DNA of 64,000 bases from Candidatus Micrarchaeia archaeon (GCA_038874215.1 JAVZCV010000001.1:2738-66737), one strand, 5' to 3'; shown: positions 10,183 to 20,374, numbered from the stretch's first letter. Program-made: numbers and translations. Notes: generated by a model not told the origin, from the sequence alone.

Positions 10183-10714
10183 TTTTCAGCCTCTCATCAA
10201 TTGTTTTTTCGGTTTTAACCCTATCGGGAATCATTGTTTTGCCGACATAATCAAGGATATCCCTTCTGCTTACGCCGCTTATCTCAGAAGCATAGCCAAG
10301 GGAGAAACCTTGCGCATATATCGTAGATGCGAGTTTAAGTCTTGCCTTATCAAAAATTATACGGATATAGCGCCTGTCAGCGCTCTCCATCTTTGTTGCG
10401 GCTTCTGTTATCTCCTTTATCGCCCTATTGTATTCGTTCATTTCGTTGGTTTTAAGTGCCTGTGCAACGCGATCCAGGTTATCCTCTAAAATCGGGGCGA
10501 ATTTTTTTATGTGGATATCACGATAGCGCGGTTTTTCTATCAACTTCGCAAGGGCGTATGAAATTAGCGCCATATCAAGCAGAATGGGATTGTTGGTTAA
10601 AACGAGCTCTTTTGTGCATTCGTTGTGTATTTTGCGCAACTTGTGAATCTTGCCTTTTTTGAAAGCATTTTTTATACGCAATACTATATCTATGATTTCT
10701 TCAGTTTGCGGCAT
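10154..10714 (-). CDS. Conserved hypothetical protein
   Basis: Helical ORF overlapping the PIN gene, with a C-terminal HTH-like segment (GFSLGYASEISGVSR). Confidence 0.7.
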   Translation of the reverse strand: MPQTEEIIDIVLRIKNAFKKGKIHKLRKIHNECTKELVLTNNPILLDMALISYALAKLIEKPRYRDIHIKKFAPILEDNLDRVAQALKTNEMNEYNRAIKEITEAATKMESADRRYIRIIFDKARLKLASTIYAQGFSLGYASEISGVSRRDILDYVGKTMIPDRVKTEKTIDERLKNVRELFRKK

Positions 10715-10868
10715 AAAAAAAGTTTGCTTGAGAGTTTTAATAAGCATTGCCCAATGAGCGGCTTTTGCGTAGGGAGGTTATAGTTTTTGGCCGTTGCATG
10801 CTCGGAAAGCGCATCTCGTAGCAACGTCGTGATTTCTTTTCAAATTTTTCACGTCGTAAAAACAAAGG

Positions 10869-10917
10869 TTTATATATCCCTCTGTATATCTAAATCATGT
10901 CATGATATGATCATGAC
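10869..10917 (+). promoter_or_regulatory. TATA box plus operator-like palindrome
   Basis: TTTATATA at 10869-10876. Perfect inverted repeat GTCATGAT-atg-ATCATGAC at 10899-10917, 16 nt before the ATG at 10934. Confidence 0.6.
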
Positions 10918-10933
10918 TTTATCAAGTGATTAT

Positions 10934-11434
10934 ATGACGCATGTAGACATAGATGACTTTGCGGTTGACCCTGAAATAAAGGAGCTTACAGATGTATCAG
11001 CAGAGTTTAAGAAAAACATCCTTAAGCTGAAGGATCCCACTGTTATGTCATCACTTGTTCATAAAGCTCTAAGCGAAAGAAAAAGGACAAACATGCTTCT
11101 AGAAAGAATAAGCAAACAACTTGCCAAAATAGACGACATAGAGAGAAGGCTAGCGGCTCTTGAAGAGAAGTTTGGGGTAAAATCGCGTGGCAGAATAATA
11201 CTATCAGATATTGACGAGAAGATAGTGGATATAATAAGGAAAGCGGACCGCGTATGCGCTGAGGACATACAAAAAGCCTTCAACTACCGTGGAAAGAATG
11301 CGGCGAGCGCAAGGCTTAATTCACTCTACCAGATGGGTTTGCTTGACAAACAGCAGGTTGGTAAGAAGGTGTATTACTTCCTGCGGGATAACGAAGCAAG
11401 CAGGTATGAAGTAGAGGAGATGATAAGGCGGTAG
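10934..11434 (+). CDS. Coiled-coil plus winged-helix DNA-binding protein
   Basis: Central heptads; C-terminal LSDIDEKIVDII...NAASARLNSLYQMGLLDKQQVGKKVYY wHTH. Confidence 0.75.
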   Translation: MTHVDIDDFAVDPEIKELTDVSAEFKKNILKLKDPTVMSSLVHKALSERKRTNMLLERISKQLAKIDDIERRLAALEEKFGVKSRGRIILSDIDEKIVDIIRKADRVCAEDIQKAFNYRGKNAASARLNSLYQMGLLDKQQVGKKVYYFLRDNEASRYEVEEMIRR

Positions 11435-11588
11435 GTTGCCACGATGTGGCAATCATTATGCTCCAGCATGAAGCGCTGGCAAGGCGACCATGGTTCTCGC
11501 TTTGCCGAGAACCAATTATCGTTGTGGGGCAGAGGGTGGTTCGGCCATAATTCACCTCCCACGTGTGGTATTCCCCACCCCTCCCCCA
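11435..11588. ncRNA. Candidate structured RNA (four or more stems) between convergent genes
   Basis: Stems GTTGCCAC/GTGGCAAT, CCAGC/GCTGG, TGGTTCTCG/CGAGAACCA and GTGGGG/CCCCAC. GC-rich relative to other intergenic spacers. Confidence 0.45.
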
Positions 11589-11597
11589 TGTTATTTT

Positions 11598-12590
11598 TTA
11601 TTTGATTATAACTAGGTCTTCGTAGCGGATTCCGTATTTTTCGCAATAAAAAGCTGGTTCAAGCGATATGGTATTCCCGCTTTTCAATATGTGCTTGCTA
11701 TTTAGCCCCACATAGGGATACTCATGAACATCAAGCCCTATGCCGTGCCCCTGCGAATGTATCATCTTTTGCATCACCACCCCAACCACAGACGTATCAA
11801 TGAAATTTGCAAGCGTGCGTGCCCGCATGTTTTTCTTAGAAAATTCTTTTGCGCGCTCAAATATCCCCTTGAGCTTTACGTACTGCTCTTTTTTTTCTCC
11901 ACTTTCAAAAAAGAAGCAACGGGTTATGTCGGAGCAGTAGTCTTCGTATTTTATCCCTAAATCTACAAGAACCATTTTATCAATTTTCTTTTTGCTTGCT
12001 TCAGCGTGCGGAAAGCGGGAACGCTCGTCAGCCGCAATTATTGGCTCAAAGGCGGGCTCAAGTCCTTCTTCAATAAGCAGACGAAGCAGGTCTTTCCTAA
12101 CTTCAAGCTCAGACTTGCCTTTTTTTATGTCTATTTCATCCATTAGATTGCGGGCGATCTGATAGGCTTTTCTAATTTTTGAAATTTCTTCTTCTGTTTT
12201 AACCGCCCGCAGGGACAGGAGCAAATCCGTTATGCTGCGGGTTTTTATTTTGAGCGAGTAAAGCATATGCAGCAATGAAGCCGTAGCGTAGGCCATGTTC
12301 AAGCCTACCTTTTTGCCTTTGAGTATTTCTTTGAGTAGCTTGGGGACATCGCCCCTTTTATCGTATATCCATATATCCGCAAGTGCTCCAATTCTTTCTT
12401 TAGCCTCCGCAAGATTCATCCTGCTCACTATGACGCTTATGCTATTTTCGCAAAACAGGAATAGGGAGTTGCGCATGCTCACTCCAGAAAGGTATATTGT
12501 GTTCGGGTCGCAGTGATCGCCATTCTCAATAAGTATCACATCAATATCAGATGATGACAGTAGTGAGCGTATCTTAGTTATTTTGCTCAT
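11598..12590 (-). CDS. Xaa-Pro aminopeptidase (M24)
   Basis: LRAVKT, FPHA, VDLG, SDITR, HSQGHGIGLDVHE, LEP, GIRYED. Confidence 0.93.
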   Translation of the reverse strand: MSKITKIRSLLSSSDIDVILIENGDHCDPNTIYLSGVSMRNSLFLFCENSISVIVSRMNLAEAKERIGALADIWIYDKRGDVPKLLKEILKGKKVGLNMAYATASLLHMLYSLKIKTRSITDLLLSLRAVKTEEEISKIRKAYQIARNLMDEIDIKKGKSELEVRKDLLRLLIEEGLEPAFEPIIAADERSRFPHAEASKKKIDKMVLVDLGIKYEDYCSDITRCFFFESGEKKEQYVKLKGIFERAKEFSKKNMRARTLANFIDTSVVGVVMQKMIHSQGHGIGLDVHEYPYVGLNSKHILKSGNTISLEPAFYCEKYGIRYEDLVIIK

Positions 12591-15500
12591 GTCAATTCCA
12601 CGCCAACTGCCTTTGAACCGTCGGGCGTTTTTGTTATTCCTATGACTGAATCGGCAGAGGATAGAACGACGTCGTTGTGCGTTATAACAAGAAACTGCGC
12701 TGTCTTTGATAATTCTTTAATCAACTCGCTGAAACGCTTGCTGTTTTCCTTGTCAAGCGCAGCGTCAGACTCGTCAAGAATGTAGAAGGGGCTCGGCTTC
12801 TGCATTTGTATGGAAAAAATGAAAAGTAGCGCAAGAAGGGATTTTTCTCCTCCGGACATGCTATCAACGTTCTTCTCAACGCCATTCTCCTTCACTTTTA
12901 TATGAAGACCGCCTTCAAACGGATTGCTTGGATTGTCAAGGTATAGGGTTGCTTCGCCATCAAACGCATGTGAATAAAGCCGCTTAAAGTTCTCGTTTAT
13001 GCCTCTAAGCGTTTCCAAGAATATGTTTGTTTTCTTTCTGTCTATCTCTTCTATCATGCGCATGACTGCCCTTTTCTCTTCATCTAACTTCTCAACCCTC
13101 CCCTTTATCTCCTCAATCTCAGATTTCCGCTGCTCGTAAAGCTCTGGGGCTTTCATGTTAACATCACCAAGTGCAGCAAGTTCTGCCTGTAGTTTTCCGT
13201 GCATTTCTTCAAGCTCCTCCTTACTCAAATCAAGGGGAGTTATGTCCTTGAATTCCTCAAACTCTGCCTTTAAATCTGAAAGCTGCGTGTCTATGTTTTC
13301 CTTCTGAAGCTCTATCCTGTACACCTCTTTTTGAACCTTGTCATGTCTCTGCTCTATCTCGCCTTTTTCACGAGCAACTTTTTCCAATTCCGCATCTATT
13401 CTATCCCGCTCTTCCCATAAACTCTCAAGCTCTGCGCTTACCTTCTTTAATTTCTTTGATTTTTCTTCAAGCAATTTGTTAGTTTCCTCAATCTGGCGTG
13501 TGAGCTCGTTTAGTTCTACTTCAATATGAGACGCTTCTGTTTTCTTTAAGCGGATTTCTTCTTCTTTCCCTACAATCTGGGTTTTAAGCATTTCCCACTC
13601 CTTCGCGATTCCTGCAAGCTTTGCTCTTAGCTCTGCTTCTTTTTTCTTCATCTCTGCGAGTTGGCTCTCGTCATGCCCACGCGCATCCTCTTCACCCGCG
13701 GATTCAAGGAGTTTCGCAAGAGAGGAGACTTCGTCTGAAACACGCTTTATTTCTGTTTCTTTCGCCGTTTTTTCAGCATGCTTTCCTGAGAGAATCTTTT
13801 TTATTTCAGCTATCTTCTTTTCTATGCTCTTTGCCTCTGCTTCTTGCTCGCTTATCCCCTTCATTGCAGTTTCAATTCTGCCTTTCATCTCCGCAAGTTC
13901 TATCTCCTTGTTCTTCAGCTCAACCTCTATCCTCGAAATCTCCTTTCGCTTGCCCGCCATCATTTCCCGCACTTTGTGAAGCTCTTTCTCAATTTTGTCC
14001 CTCTCAATCCGTGCATTTTCAAGCTCTACTTCAATTCTCTTGGCTTCTTCTTTTACACGGAGCGCACTCGGGGATTTTGAATAGCCGCCGAACACAACAC
14101 TGCTCTTTTCTATAAGTTCGCCATCCTTTGTGACCATCCTGTATTTTCCTGCATATTTTTTTGCTTCTTCAATACTCTCAAATAGGAGTGTATCACCAAA
14201 AACATAGTGGAAGACTCGTTCAAGCTTCTTATCAAATTTTACAACGTCAAGCACTTTTCTGAAATGTGGTGGTGAATCCTCGGTATGCACTACGAGCTGC
14301 GCAATGGGTATGAAAGCACACCTTCCTGCCTTTTGCTTTTTAAGATACTCTATGACTTTTGTCGCTACGTCTATGTTCTCAACAACTACGTAATCAAGAC
14401 GGGGACCTGCCGCAGCCTCTATCGCATCAGTGTAGGCTGCATCAAAAGTGCAAAGTTCGCCAACTGTTCCACATATGCCCTTTATCTGCCCATCATTTTT
14501 GAGTTTTAGCACCACGTCCAATGCGCTGCTGCCCCTTCTCGGTAGGCTCACCAATTTTTCCCTTAAGCTCAATATTTTCTTGTCCAACTGCGGGAGTAGT
14601 TTGTTTTTTTCGCTCTCCAAGAGGAATAGGGCATCAATCTCTTCTGAAAGATTATTTTTCTTTTTTGTTAATTCAGAGATTTCTCTCTCAATCTCCGTTG
14701 TGTCAAATTTCCGCCTCTCCTGCAAGTTAAGTAGTAATTTTTTAAGTTCGTTTTCAAGTATCTGAATCTCGTTTTCGCTTCTGTATATTTCTGCGTCTAT
14801 GGTGTGGAGATCTTTTTCAAGGCCCCGAAGTTCTTCGATCTTTCCGAGCCACTGCTCTCTCAGAAGTCTGCTTCTTTCGGCCTTTTTGCCCGCCTCCTGC
14901 ATCAGCAGCCTGTTCTTCTCCTCTATTCCCGATATTCGGGAGAGAAGTTCTGAAAGCTCTTTTTCAACCGAATTCCTTTCTGAGACGAGGTCTGCAAGTG
15001 AGCGGTTGGCTACCGTGCAGGCTTCTTCAAGCTTTTTGATTTCAGAACCAAGGCGTACAAGGAGCGAGCGCCTCTCCAAGAGCTTCGTTTCGTTTATTTT
15101 TATTGCGGTTTTTATATCCTCAACTTCTCTGCTGAGGTTATTTTTTTCTGTAAGCTCGTTTATTTTTGCTACTATGTCGTTTTTCTTTTTTGTTATATTC
15201 TCTATTTCGCGCGATAGGCCTTCAAGCCTTTCTGAAAGCTCCTTCTCCTGCTGCTTCAGCTCTATGTGCTTTTTTGATATGTTTGTGTGTTCTTTGTCAA
15301 CGTTCTTCATCTTCATGTATATAAGAGAGCCCTTTACCCTACGAAGTTCGCCATTTATTTCTTGGTATCTTAGCGCGTCCGCTCTCTCTTTTTCAAGTTC
15401 GTTTAGCATTCCCTCCCTTTCACGCAAAATTATCTTGGCATCGTTTATATTCTGCTCAACCTTTGCGAGTTCGCCGAGCGCTTCTTTTTTCTTTTCTTCA

Positions 15501-15970
15501 AATTCAGATATGCCCGAGGCGCGCTCTAATACTTCCCTGCGTTCCTGTGGGTTCATCTCAACTATTCTCTGCACCTGCCCCTGCGCTATTATGTTGTGGT
15601 GGCCAGTTTCAAAACCACACTTTCGCAGGAACTCTACTACTGAGGTGCGGGTTGTAGTCTTCCCATCCAATTTGTATTTTGTTTTACCATCCTTCCGTAT
15701 GATTCGCCTTATCTCGTGGGTTCCATCGGTTTCAAGGACTATTGTTATCTCCGCCCTATCAGTTCCTTTGTATATAAGGTCAGAAATCCTGTTTGCCCTA
15801 AGTGCTTTTAGGCTGTTTTCTCCAAGGATGAATCTTATTCCATCGCAAACATTGCTTTTTCCGCTTCCGTTTGGACCTGCAACGCATACGAAGCCGTTGT
15901 TAAGGAGTATTTCGGTATTCCTAAAAGACTTGAAACCTCTGAATAGTATGCGATTTATGAACGCCACCAT
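12587..15970 (-). CDS. smc: Chromosome segregation protein SMC
   Basis: Walker A GPNGSGKSN, coiled coils, hinge (GRCAFIP), MSGGEKS signature, ILDESDAALD. Confidence 0.98.
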   Translation of the reverse strand: MVAFINRILFRGFKSFRNTEILLNNGFVCVAGPNGSGKSNVCDGIRFILGENSLKALRANRISDLIYKGTDRAEITIVLETDGTHEIRRIIRKDGKTKYKLDGKTTTRTSVVEFLRKCGFETGHHNIIAQGQVQRIVEMNPQERREVLERASGISEFEEKKKEALGELAKVEQNINDAKIILREREGMLNELEKERADALRYQEINGELRRVKGSLIYMKMKNVDKEHTNISKKHIELKQQEKELSERLEGLSREIENITKKKNDIVAKINELTEKNNLSREVEDIKTAIKINETKLLERRSLLVRLGSEIKKLEEACTVANRSLADLVSERNSVEKELSELLSRISGIEEKNRLLMQEAGKKAERSRLLREQWLGKIEELRGLEKDLHTIDAEIYRSENEIQILENELKKLLLNLQERRKFDTTEIEREISELTKKKNNLSEEIDALFLLESEKNKLLPQLDKKILSLREKLVSLPRRGSSALDVVLKLKNDGQIKGICGTVGELCTFDAAYTDAIEAAAGPRLDYVVVENIDVATKVIEYLKKQKAGRCAFIPIAQLVVHTEDSPPHFRKVLDVVKFDKKLERVFHYVFGDTLLFESIEEAKKYAGKYRMVTKDGELIEKSSVVFGGYSKSPSALRVKEEAKRIEVELENARIERDKIEKELHKVREMMAGKRKEISRIEVELKNKEIELAEMKGRIETAMKGISEQEAEAKSIEKKIAEIKKILSGKHAEKTAKETEIKRVSDEVSSLAKLLESAGEEDARGHDESQLAEMKKKEAELRAKLAGIAKEWEMLKTQIVGKEEEIRLKKTEASHIEVELNELTRQIEETNKLLEEKSKKLKKVSAELESLWEERDRIDAELEKVAREKGEIEQRHDKVQKEVYRIELQKENIDTQLSDLKAEFEEFKDITPLDLSKEELEEMHGKLQAELAALGDVNMKAPELYEQRKSEIEEIKGRVEKLDEEKRAVMRMIEEIDRKKTNIFLETLRGINENFKRLYSHAFDGEATLYLDNPSNPFEGGLHIKVKENGVEKNVDSMSGGEKSLLALLFIFSIQMQKPSPFYILDESDAALDKENSKRFSELIKELSKTAQFLVITHNDVVLSSADSVIGITKTPDGSKAVGVELT

Positions 15971-16039
15971 AACACCTGTGGTCGCCTTTCGTAATTTTAG
16001 TAATATGATATCGCTGACTAATATATAAATTTCGCCTGC

Positions 16040-16702
16040 CTATTCAGGCTCAACCTGCGTGTAGATATACCCTGTTATAATATGTGCCGTCCCTGCATCG
16101 CATTTTGCCGCAGTTCCGTCATAATCGCTGTCGGTCTCACAATTCATGTATTCAAGGGATACACGTATCGTTTTGGCAGTACCGATAGAGGGTTGCGATT
16201 CGGTTGCCCCCAGAGTCATTAGCATGTCAACTCCCTCTCCTTGCTTTAGAAGAAAATTCCCGTCAAAAACACTATGGGATGGATCTTCCTGTTTTTTTAT
16301 GGAGAACGTGCAATCACCCAGTGTTGTTGCGCATCCTTCGTCAACACATGTGACGCAACTCGTACCATCGGCTTTGTGTATCGTTTTCCCTCTATTCGCC
16401 AAGTTTTCGGTTGTGATGTTTACTTTCGTTATTTTTATATCAAAGCCGAGACCGTTGTAGTTCATAAATCGTATGTTGTACTTCCCAGCGGATGTGTAGA
16501 TTTTATAGCTCGAGCACTCAAAAGCAGGCATAAAAGAACATTGGCGCGGCATGTAGTTCTGAACATCAAAAATGCCTGTTGTATAAAGCACTACCATAAC
16601 GGCCATAAGTGCGACTATGGCCCAACCGTATGTAGTCAGATACTCAACTGCCATCTGTGCTTTTTTACCTGATCGTACTTGTATTCGGGACATTTGCCTC
16701 AT
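16040..16702 (-). CDS. Class III signal peptide pilin-like protein
   Basis: KKAQMAVEYLTTYGWAI followed by a hydrophobic helix; paired Cys residues. Confidence 0.85.
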   Translation of the reverse strand: MRQMSRIQVRSGKKAQMAVEYLTTYGWAIVALMAVMVVLYTTGIFDVQNYMPRQCSFMPAFECSSYKIYTSAGKYNIRFMNYNGLGFDIKITKVNITTENLANRGKTIHKADGTSCVTCVDEGCATTLGDCTFSIKKQEDPSHSVFDGNFLLKQGEGVDMLMTLGATESQPSIGTAKTIRVSLEYMNCETDSDYDGTAAKCDAGTAHIITGYIYTQVEPE

Positions 16703-16739
16703 AAAATATCCACGCTGTATATTTAAATTCGTTCCTACT

Positions 16740-17288
16740 CTACTTTGCGCTACGCGTTATGGGTATTAGTAGTTCGGCGCTCGCAGTTTTTGATAGCCGG
16801 GTGTCCTTTTCAATGTATCTAATATAAAATTTTCCCCGGTAGGATAGGCCTGGATTGCCGTAAGCTGGTACTCCGTCCTCAAAGCAACACTTCAATCTTT
16901 CGCCAGTCATGGGATTGGTACGTATAACTGTCTTGTTTCCATGTTCAAGTACGATTCTTTTACCAGCAGGTAAATTAAGAACCCTGCATTTGTTATTATC
17001 TATGAGATTCCATCCAACAGACGGCCCAGGTGTCTCTATTCTTTCGGCGGTACACGCAAAATCTGTTATTTCTATTTTATGCCCTGTTTCTTGTCGTATT
17101 TCCAAACTTAGGTCGCCTTCCGTATTTATGGAATAGTCAAGACAAACAAACCCTTTTGAAAACTCACATTTAGAAGTTCCCCACGGGTTTGCTGTTTCTA
17201 GGTAGTACATGAGGGCAACTATAACTCCGATAACGAAAATTGCCCATCCGTATTTGTTTATATCTTCAATTATGGATTGGTCAATCAT
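16740..17288 (-). CDS. Pilin-like paralog with degenerate class III signal
   Basis: YGWAIFVI helix, C-x7-C, LKCC and YRGKFYIRY shared with neighbours. The basic leader and Q-x-x-x-E motif are absent or degenerate. Confidence 0.75.
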   Translation of the reverse strand: MIDQSIIEDINKYGWAIFVIGVIVALMYYLETANPWGTSKCEFSKGFVCLDYSINTEGDLSLEIRQETGHKIEITDFACTAERIETPGPSVGWNLIDNNKCRVLNLPAGKRIVLEHGNKTVIRTNPMTGERLKCCFEDGVPAYGNPGLSYRGKFYIRYIEKDTRLSKTASAELLIPITRSAK

Positions 17289-17334
17289 CTATCCCCTATC
17301 TTTGTTCCACTATAAAAATATGCGCTTAGTAGTT

Positions 17335-17907
17335 CTATGGAACATCCAGTGTAGTGCTTATTTGTCCTATTGCGGCGCGTTTATTTCCGTCTTTATCTAT
17401 ATATTCTATGTAAATCGTTCCTCTATAATGTTGCCCTAAATAACCTGAAACTGGTCTTTCTTCACCAGTCTCAAAATTGGTAGTGCAGCACTTAAGTTTT
17501 CTGCCGCTTTTGGTTCCGTCGGAAGTTATAATAATTTCTTCCCCTCTCCGCAATATGAGCCCGCCGCGTAAGCCACCTGTCCATTCGGTGTTCGTTATTC
17601 TGCACTCGGGCCTTACTGAACCAAAATCAACAGTATCACGTAGGACGATATCCCTGCTTGTGCAGGCAACGTTCGTTATTGTGATTTGCTCGTGTGGAAC
17701 TTGTGCAAATTTGAGTAACAGGTTGCCGTCAACATCAAGCTTGTAAGCAGTGCAGGAAAAGCCCTGCTGGAATATGCAAAAGCGGGGCGGGGATGGTGTA
17801 AAAACCCCCAGATAGAACATTACCCCAAAAACAAGTATTATTGCAAGAACCGCCCAGCTGTAAACAAGCAGATATTCCATTGCTGCTTGTGCTTTTTTAT
17901 ATTCCAT
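17335..17907 (-). CDS. Class III signal peptide pilin-like protein
   Basis: MEYKKAQAAMEYLLVYSWAV (likely start 17907), LKCC, YRGTIYIEY. Confidence 0.85.
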   Translation of the reverse strand: MEYKKAQAAMEYLLVYSWAVLAIILVFGVMFYLGVFTPSPPRFCIFQQGFSCTAYKLDVDGNLLLKFAQVPHEQITITNVACTSRDIVLRDTVDFGSVRPECRITNTEWTGGLRGGLILRRGEEIIITSDGTKSGRKLKCCTTNFETGEERPVSGYLGQHYRGTIYIEYIDKDGNKRAAIGQISTTLDVP

Positions 17908-17953
17908 ACTGAAAACCCGGTAAAAATAAAAAAAGGAGAGAAAGAGGGGGGAT

Positions 17954-18499
17954 TTATGCTGGTTCAAGTTGTGCTGAGAGATCACCTATTGCTGCATGTG
18001 TGTAGCCCGTGTCTTTCTCAGCGTAGTAAACGTAGATCTTGCCCCTGTACCTGTCTCCAATACTACCCGATATTTCTGTCTCGGTAGCGCCTCTGCAGCA
18101 TTTCAGTTTTGTTGTACCGTCTATTATCTCTGCATCCTGGCCGTTCTGTATATCTATACCAGGACTTAGCTCTGTCCATGTAAAAACGCAATCGGCGTCA
18201 TCTACCTCATTATTCATATTGTCGTTCACTGTTGATAGCGTTTGGTCGGTACATGCGACCGCTCTTACAGTTATTGTTTTACCCGTCGCCTGTCCTATTT
18301 TAAGTGTTAGAGTGCCATCTGTTGCAAGCTTATACGCACTGCAACTTATGCCTGGTGTCTTGAACGTGCAGGCTATTGGCGCCTGCGGGTTAAAAACTCC
18401 GATATAGAACAGCACGGCTACTACAATTACGATCACCAAAATAGCCCAGCCATAGGTCATCAGGTATTCCATGGCAGCTTGACCTTTTCTAAAGTCCAT
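17954..18499 (-). CDS. Class III signal peptide pilin-like protein
   Basis: MDFRKGQAAMEYLMTYGWAI, strong GAGGTGG SD, LKCC, YRGKIYVYY. Confidence 0.88.
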   Translation of the reverse strand: MDFRKGQAAMEYLMTYGWAILVIVIVVAVLFYIGVFNPQAPIACTFKTPGISCSAYKLATDGTLTLKIGQATGKTITVRAVACTDQTLSTVNDNMNNEVDDADCVFTWTELSPGIDIQNGQDAEIIDGTTKLKCCRGATETEISGSIGDRYRGKIYVYYAEKDTGYTHAAIGDLSAQLEPA

Positions 18500-18650
18500 T
18501 TATAACCACCTCGGGAATTTTATTTAACACAAGAAAGTGTTATAATTTACTGCTTTTTAAATTTTTCTATCGTAAAGCAACTGCTAATTATTTAAGATTG
18601 TGTGTAGCATTATTAATTGCGAATTAGGGTAGGATGTGGGGGGTGAGATT

Positions 18651-20288
18651 ATGAATAATAAAATTCCGACAGAGGCCGCACTGAAAGAATTTTCTGCTGG
18701 GTTGAATAGTTTGAAAGATTCTGGTGGCGAAATCAAATTTGTGGTGATACCTGATATAGTGCTGGATGTGATGGTACCCGTCGGTCGGTCTTACTCGCAG
18801 TTTATAGGCGATCTTTCCGCAATTTACGGCAAGGGTGGGGGCTCAGTACCTTTGGAGATACCTGCGTATTTTAGTCTTGGCGGGAATGCTGCGAAGGTAG
18901 CTCTTACGATGGGTGTTATGGTGCCTGACGGTACTCTTAACGGCAGTATAACTTTTATAACAAGGACTGGGGAGGAATGTCGCGATATTTTTCAGGCTTT
19001 TCATAAAAGAGAGGTGGAGATCCCGCAACGAACTCCCGTTGAGCTCATTGTGGATGGAAGAGATATTGTGGTAAATGGCGAGCCTATTGCTGCGAAAAGT
19101 AGAATAAACACTGCGATAGAGCTTAGCACGAATAATATGCAGAAGGGTGCAAACATCATACTGAGCTATGGGGGAGATAAGGGGTATAAAGCAGACTGGC
19201 TTTTCACGATGCAGTCTGGTTCTAATGCACTTAGCGCTGTAAAAAATGCGACTGCTATAGCGTGCTGTTCTGCCGTTCCCGTAGTGTTTGAGTTGATTAA
19301 GAAAAAGGGACTCGGTGAAATATATGAGGAAACAACTGTATATTTTGATACGAGCTTCAGCATTTCAAAGCTTGAGAACAGCCCAAAAACAGGGGAGCAG
19401 ATCGTTGAGGCACTTGCGGTGAAAACTCCTTCTGGAAATCCCGCAGTAAATTATCTATCTGCAAACGAGCAGGAAATAATAGTCGTGGCAAGCGTTCTTG
19501 CGAAAAAGCGACTGGATGCAGGTGCATTGAGCCAAGAAGCTTACGACGGAATGGTGGGGAGCGAAAGTTATGGGGGTTATAAGGTCTTTCGCGGCACACC
19601 GTATGATGCAGCCCTGTACGTGCGAAGAGAATTGGGTGTAGGGGTGATACTGCACACATCAGACTACATGGTGATTTTTGAGACGGGTGCACAAGGAGGT
19701 ATTTCTAATGTTGTCCCGAGTTTTGAGATTGAGCCGAAGTTCAGAACGGGAGCGGGCGATACTTTTAACGGTGGGCTTTTCCTCGCTATGGAAGTAATGA
19801 GAAAAAAGGGGGCATTAACTCCTGAGGAATGCCTTCTCATCGGAACTGCGACTACCTGCTATTATATGGAGACTGGGAAGAGACCCCATGCTGAGGATTT
19901 GCGTACATTCGTGCAAACCCATAGGCTTAGGGAGCTAAGTATGGGGACGATGCAGGGCATCGCAAGCCCGCCGAATCAGCTTACACAAGACCAGATTAAT
20001 TGGACTAGGAATTTAATAAGAGCACATAACGCCAAACTCCCCGTAGCGCCGCAACCTTTCCCAGCGCTTGAAATTTATGATAGGGCACTAATAGGGCGTT
20101 TGAATGAGAAGGATGCAAGGATGATCATTGAAGCGTTAAGTGGGGGTCGTTTTGAATTGGAGGTTGCGGGGTTGCCTTCAGAAAGAGAGAGAAGGGAAAA
20201 ACTTGAAACTCTGAAAAACGTGATACGTCAAGAAGCCAGAACGGCTATGCGAAGCGGAGGAATGCGCAGGTTGGCAACAAACAGGTAA
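18651..20288 (+). CDS. Divergent PfkB/ribokinase-family kinase with C-terminal extension
   Basis: GGNAAKVA, SANEQE and TGAGDTFNGG PfkB motifs; about 120-aa C-terminal extension ending MRRLATNR. Confidence 0.8.
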   Translation: MNNKIPTEAALKEFSAGLNSLKDSGGEIKFVVIPDIVLDVMVPVGRSYSQFIGDLSAIYGKGGGSVPLEIPAYFSLGGNAAKVALTMGVMVPDGTLNGSITFITRTGEECRDIFQAFHKREVEIPQRTPVELIVDGRDIVVNGEPIAAKSRINTAIELSTNNMQKGANIILSYGGDKGYKADWLFTMQSGSNALSAVKNATAIACCSAVPVVFELIKKKGLGEIYEETTVYFDTSFSISKLENSPKTGEQIVEALAVKTPSGNPAVNYLSANEQEIIVVASVLAKKRLDAGALSQEAYDGMVGSESYGGYKVFRGTPYDAALYVRRELGVGVILHTSDYMVIFETGAQGGISNVVPSFEIEPKFRTGAGDTFNGGLFLAMEVMRKKGALTPEECLLIGTATTCYYMETGKRPHAEDLRTFVQTHRLRELSMGTMQGIASPPNQLTQDQINWTRNLIRAHNAKLPVAPQPFPALEIYDRALIGRLNEKDARMIIEALSGGRFELEVAGLPSERERREKLETLKNVIRQEARTAMRSGGMRRLATNR

Positions 20289-20374
20289 GGGTTTAAGAAG
20301 ACTGCAATGAGAAGAGACACATTTAAGTATATCTGTTGTTTTTTATTTTACAGATGATGATAAAGGTGATCCCA

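Noticed and set aside
11435-11588. SRP RNA, RNase P RNA or tRNA
   Set aside because: No SRP helix-8 motif, no GAGGAAAGUCC-type P4 motif and no cloverleaf.
14799-16028. 409-aa plus-strand ORF
   Set aside because: Ser/Phe-rich antisense shadow of the smc coiled coil.
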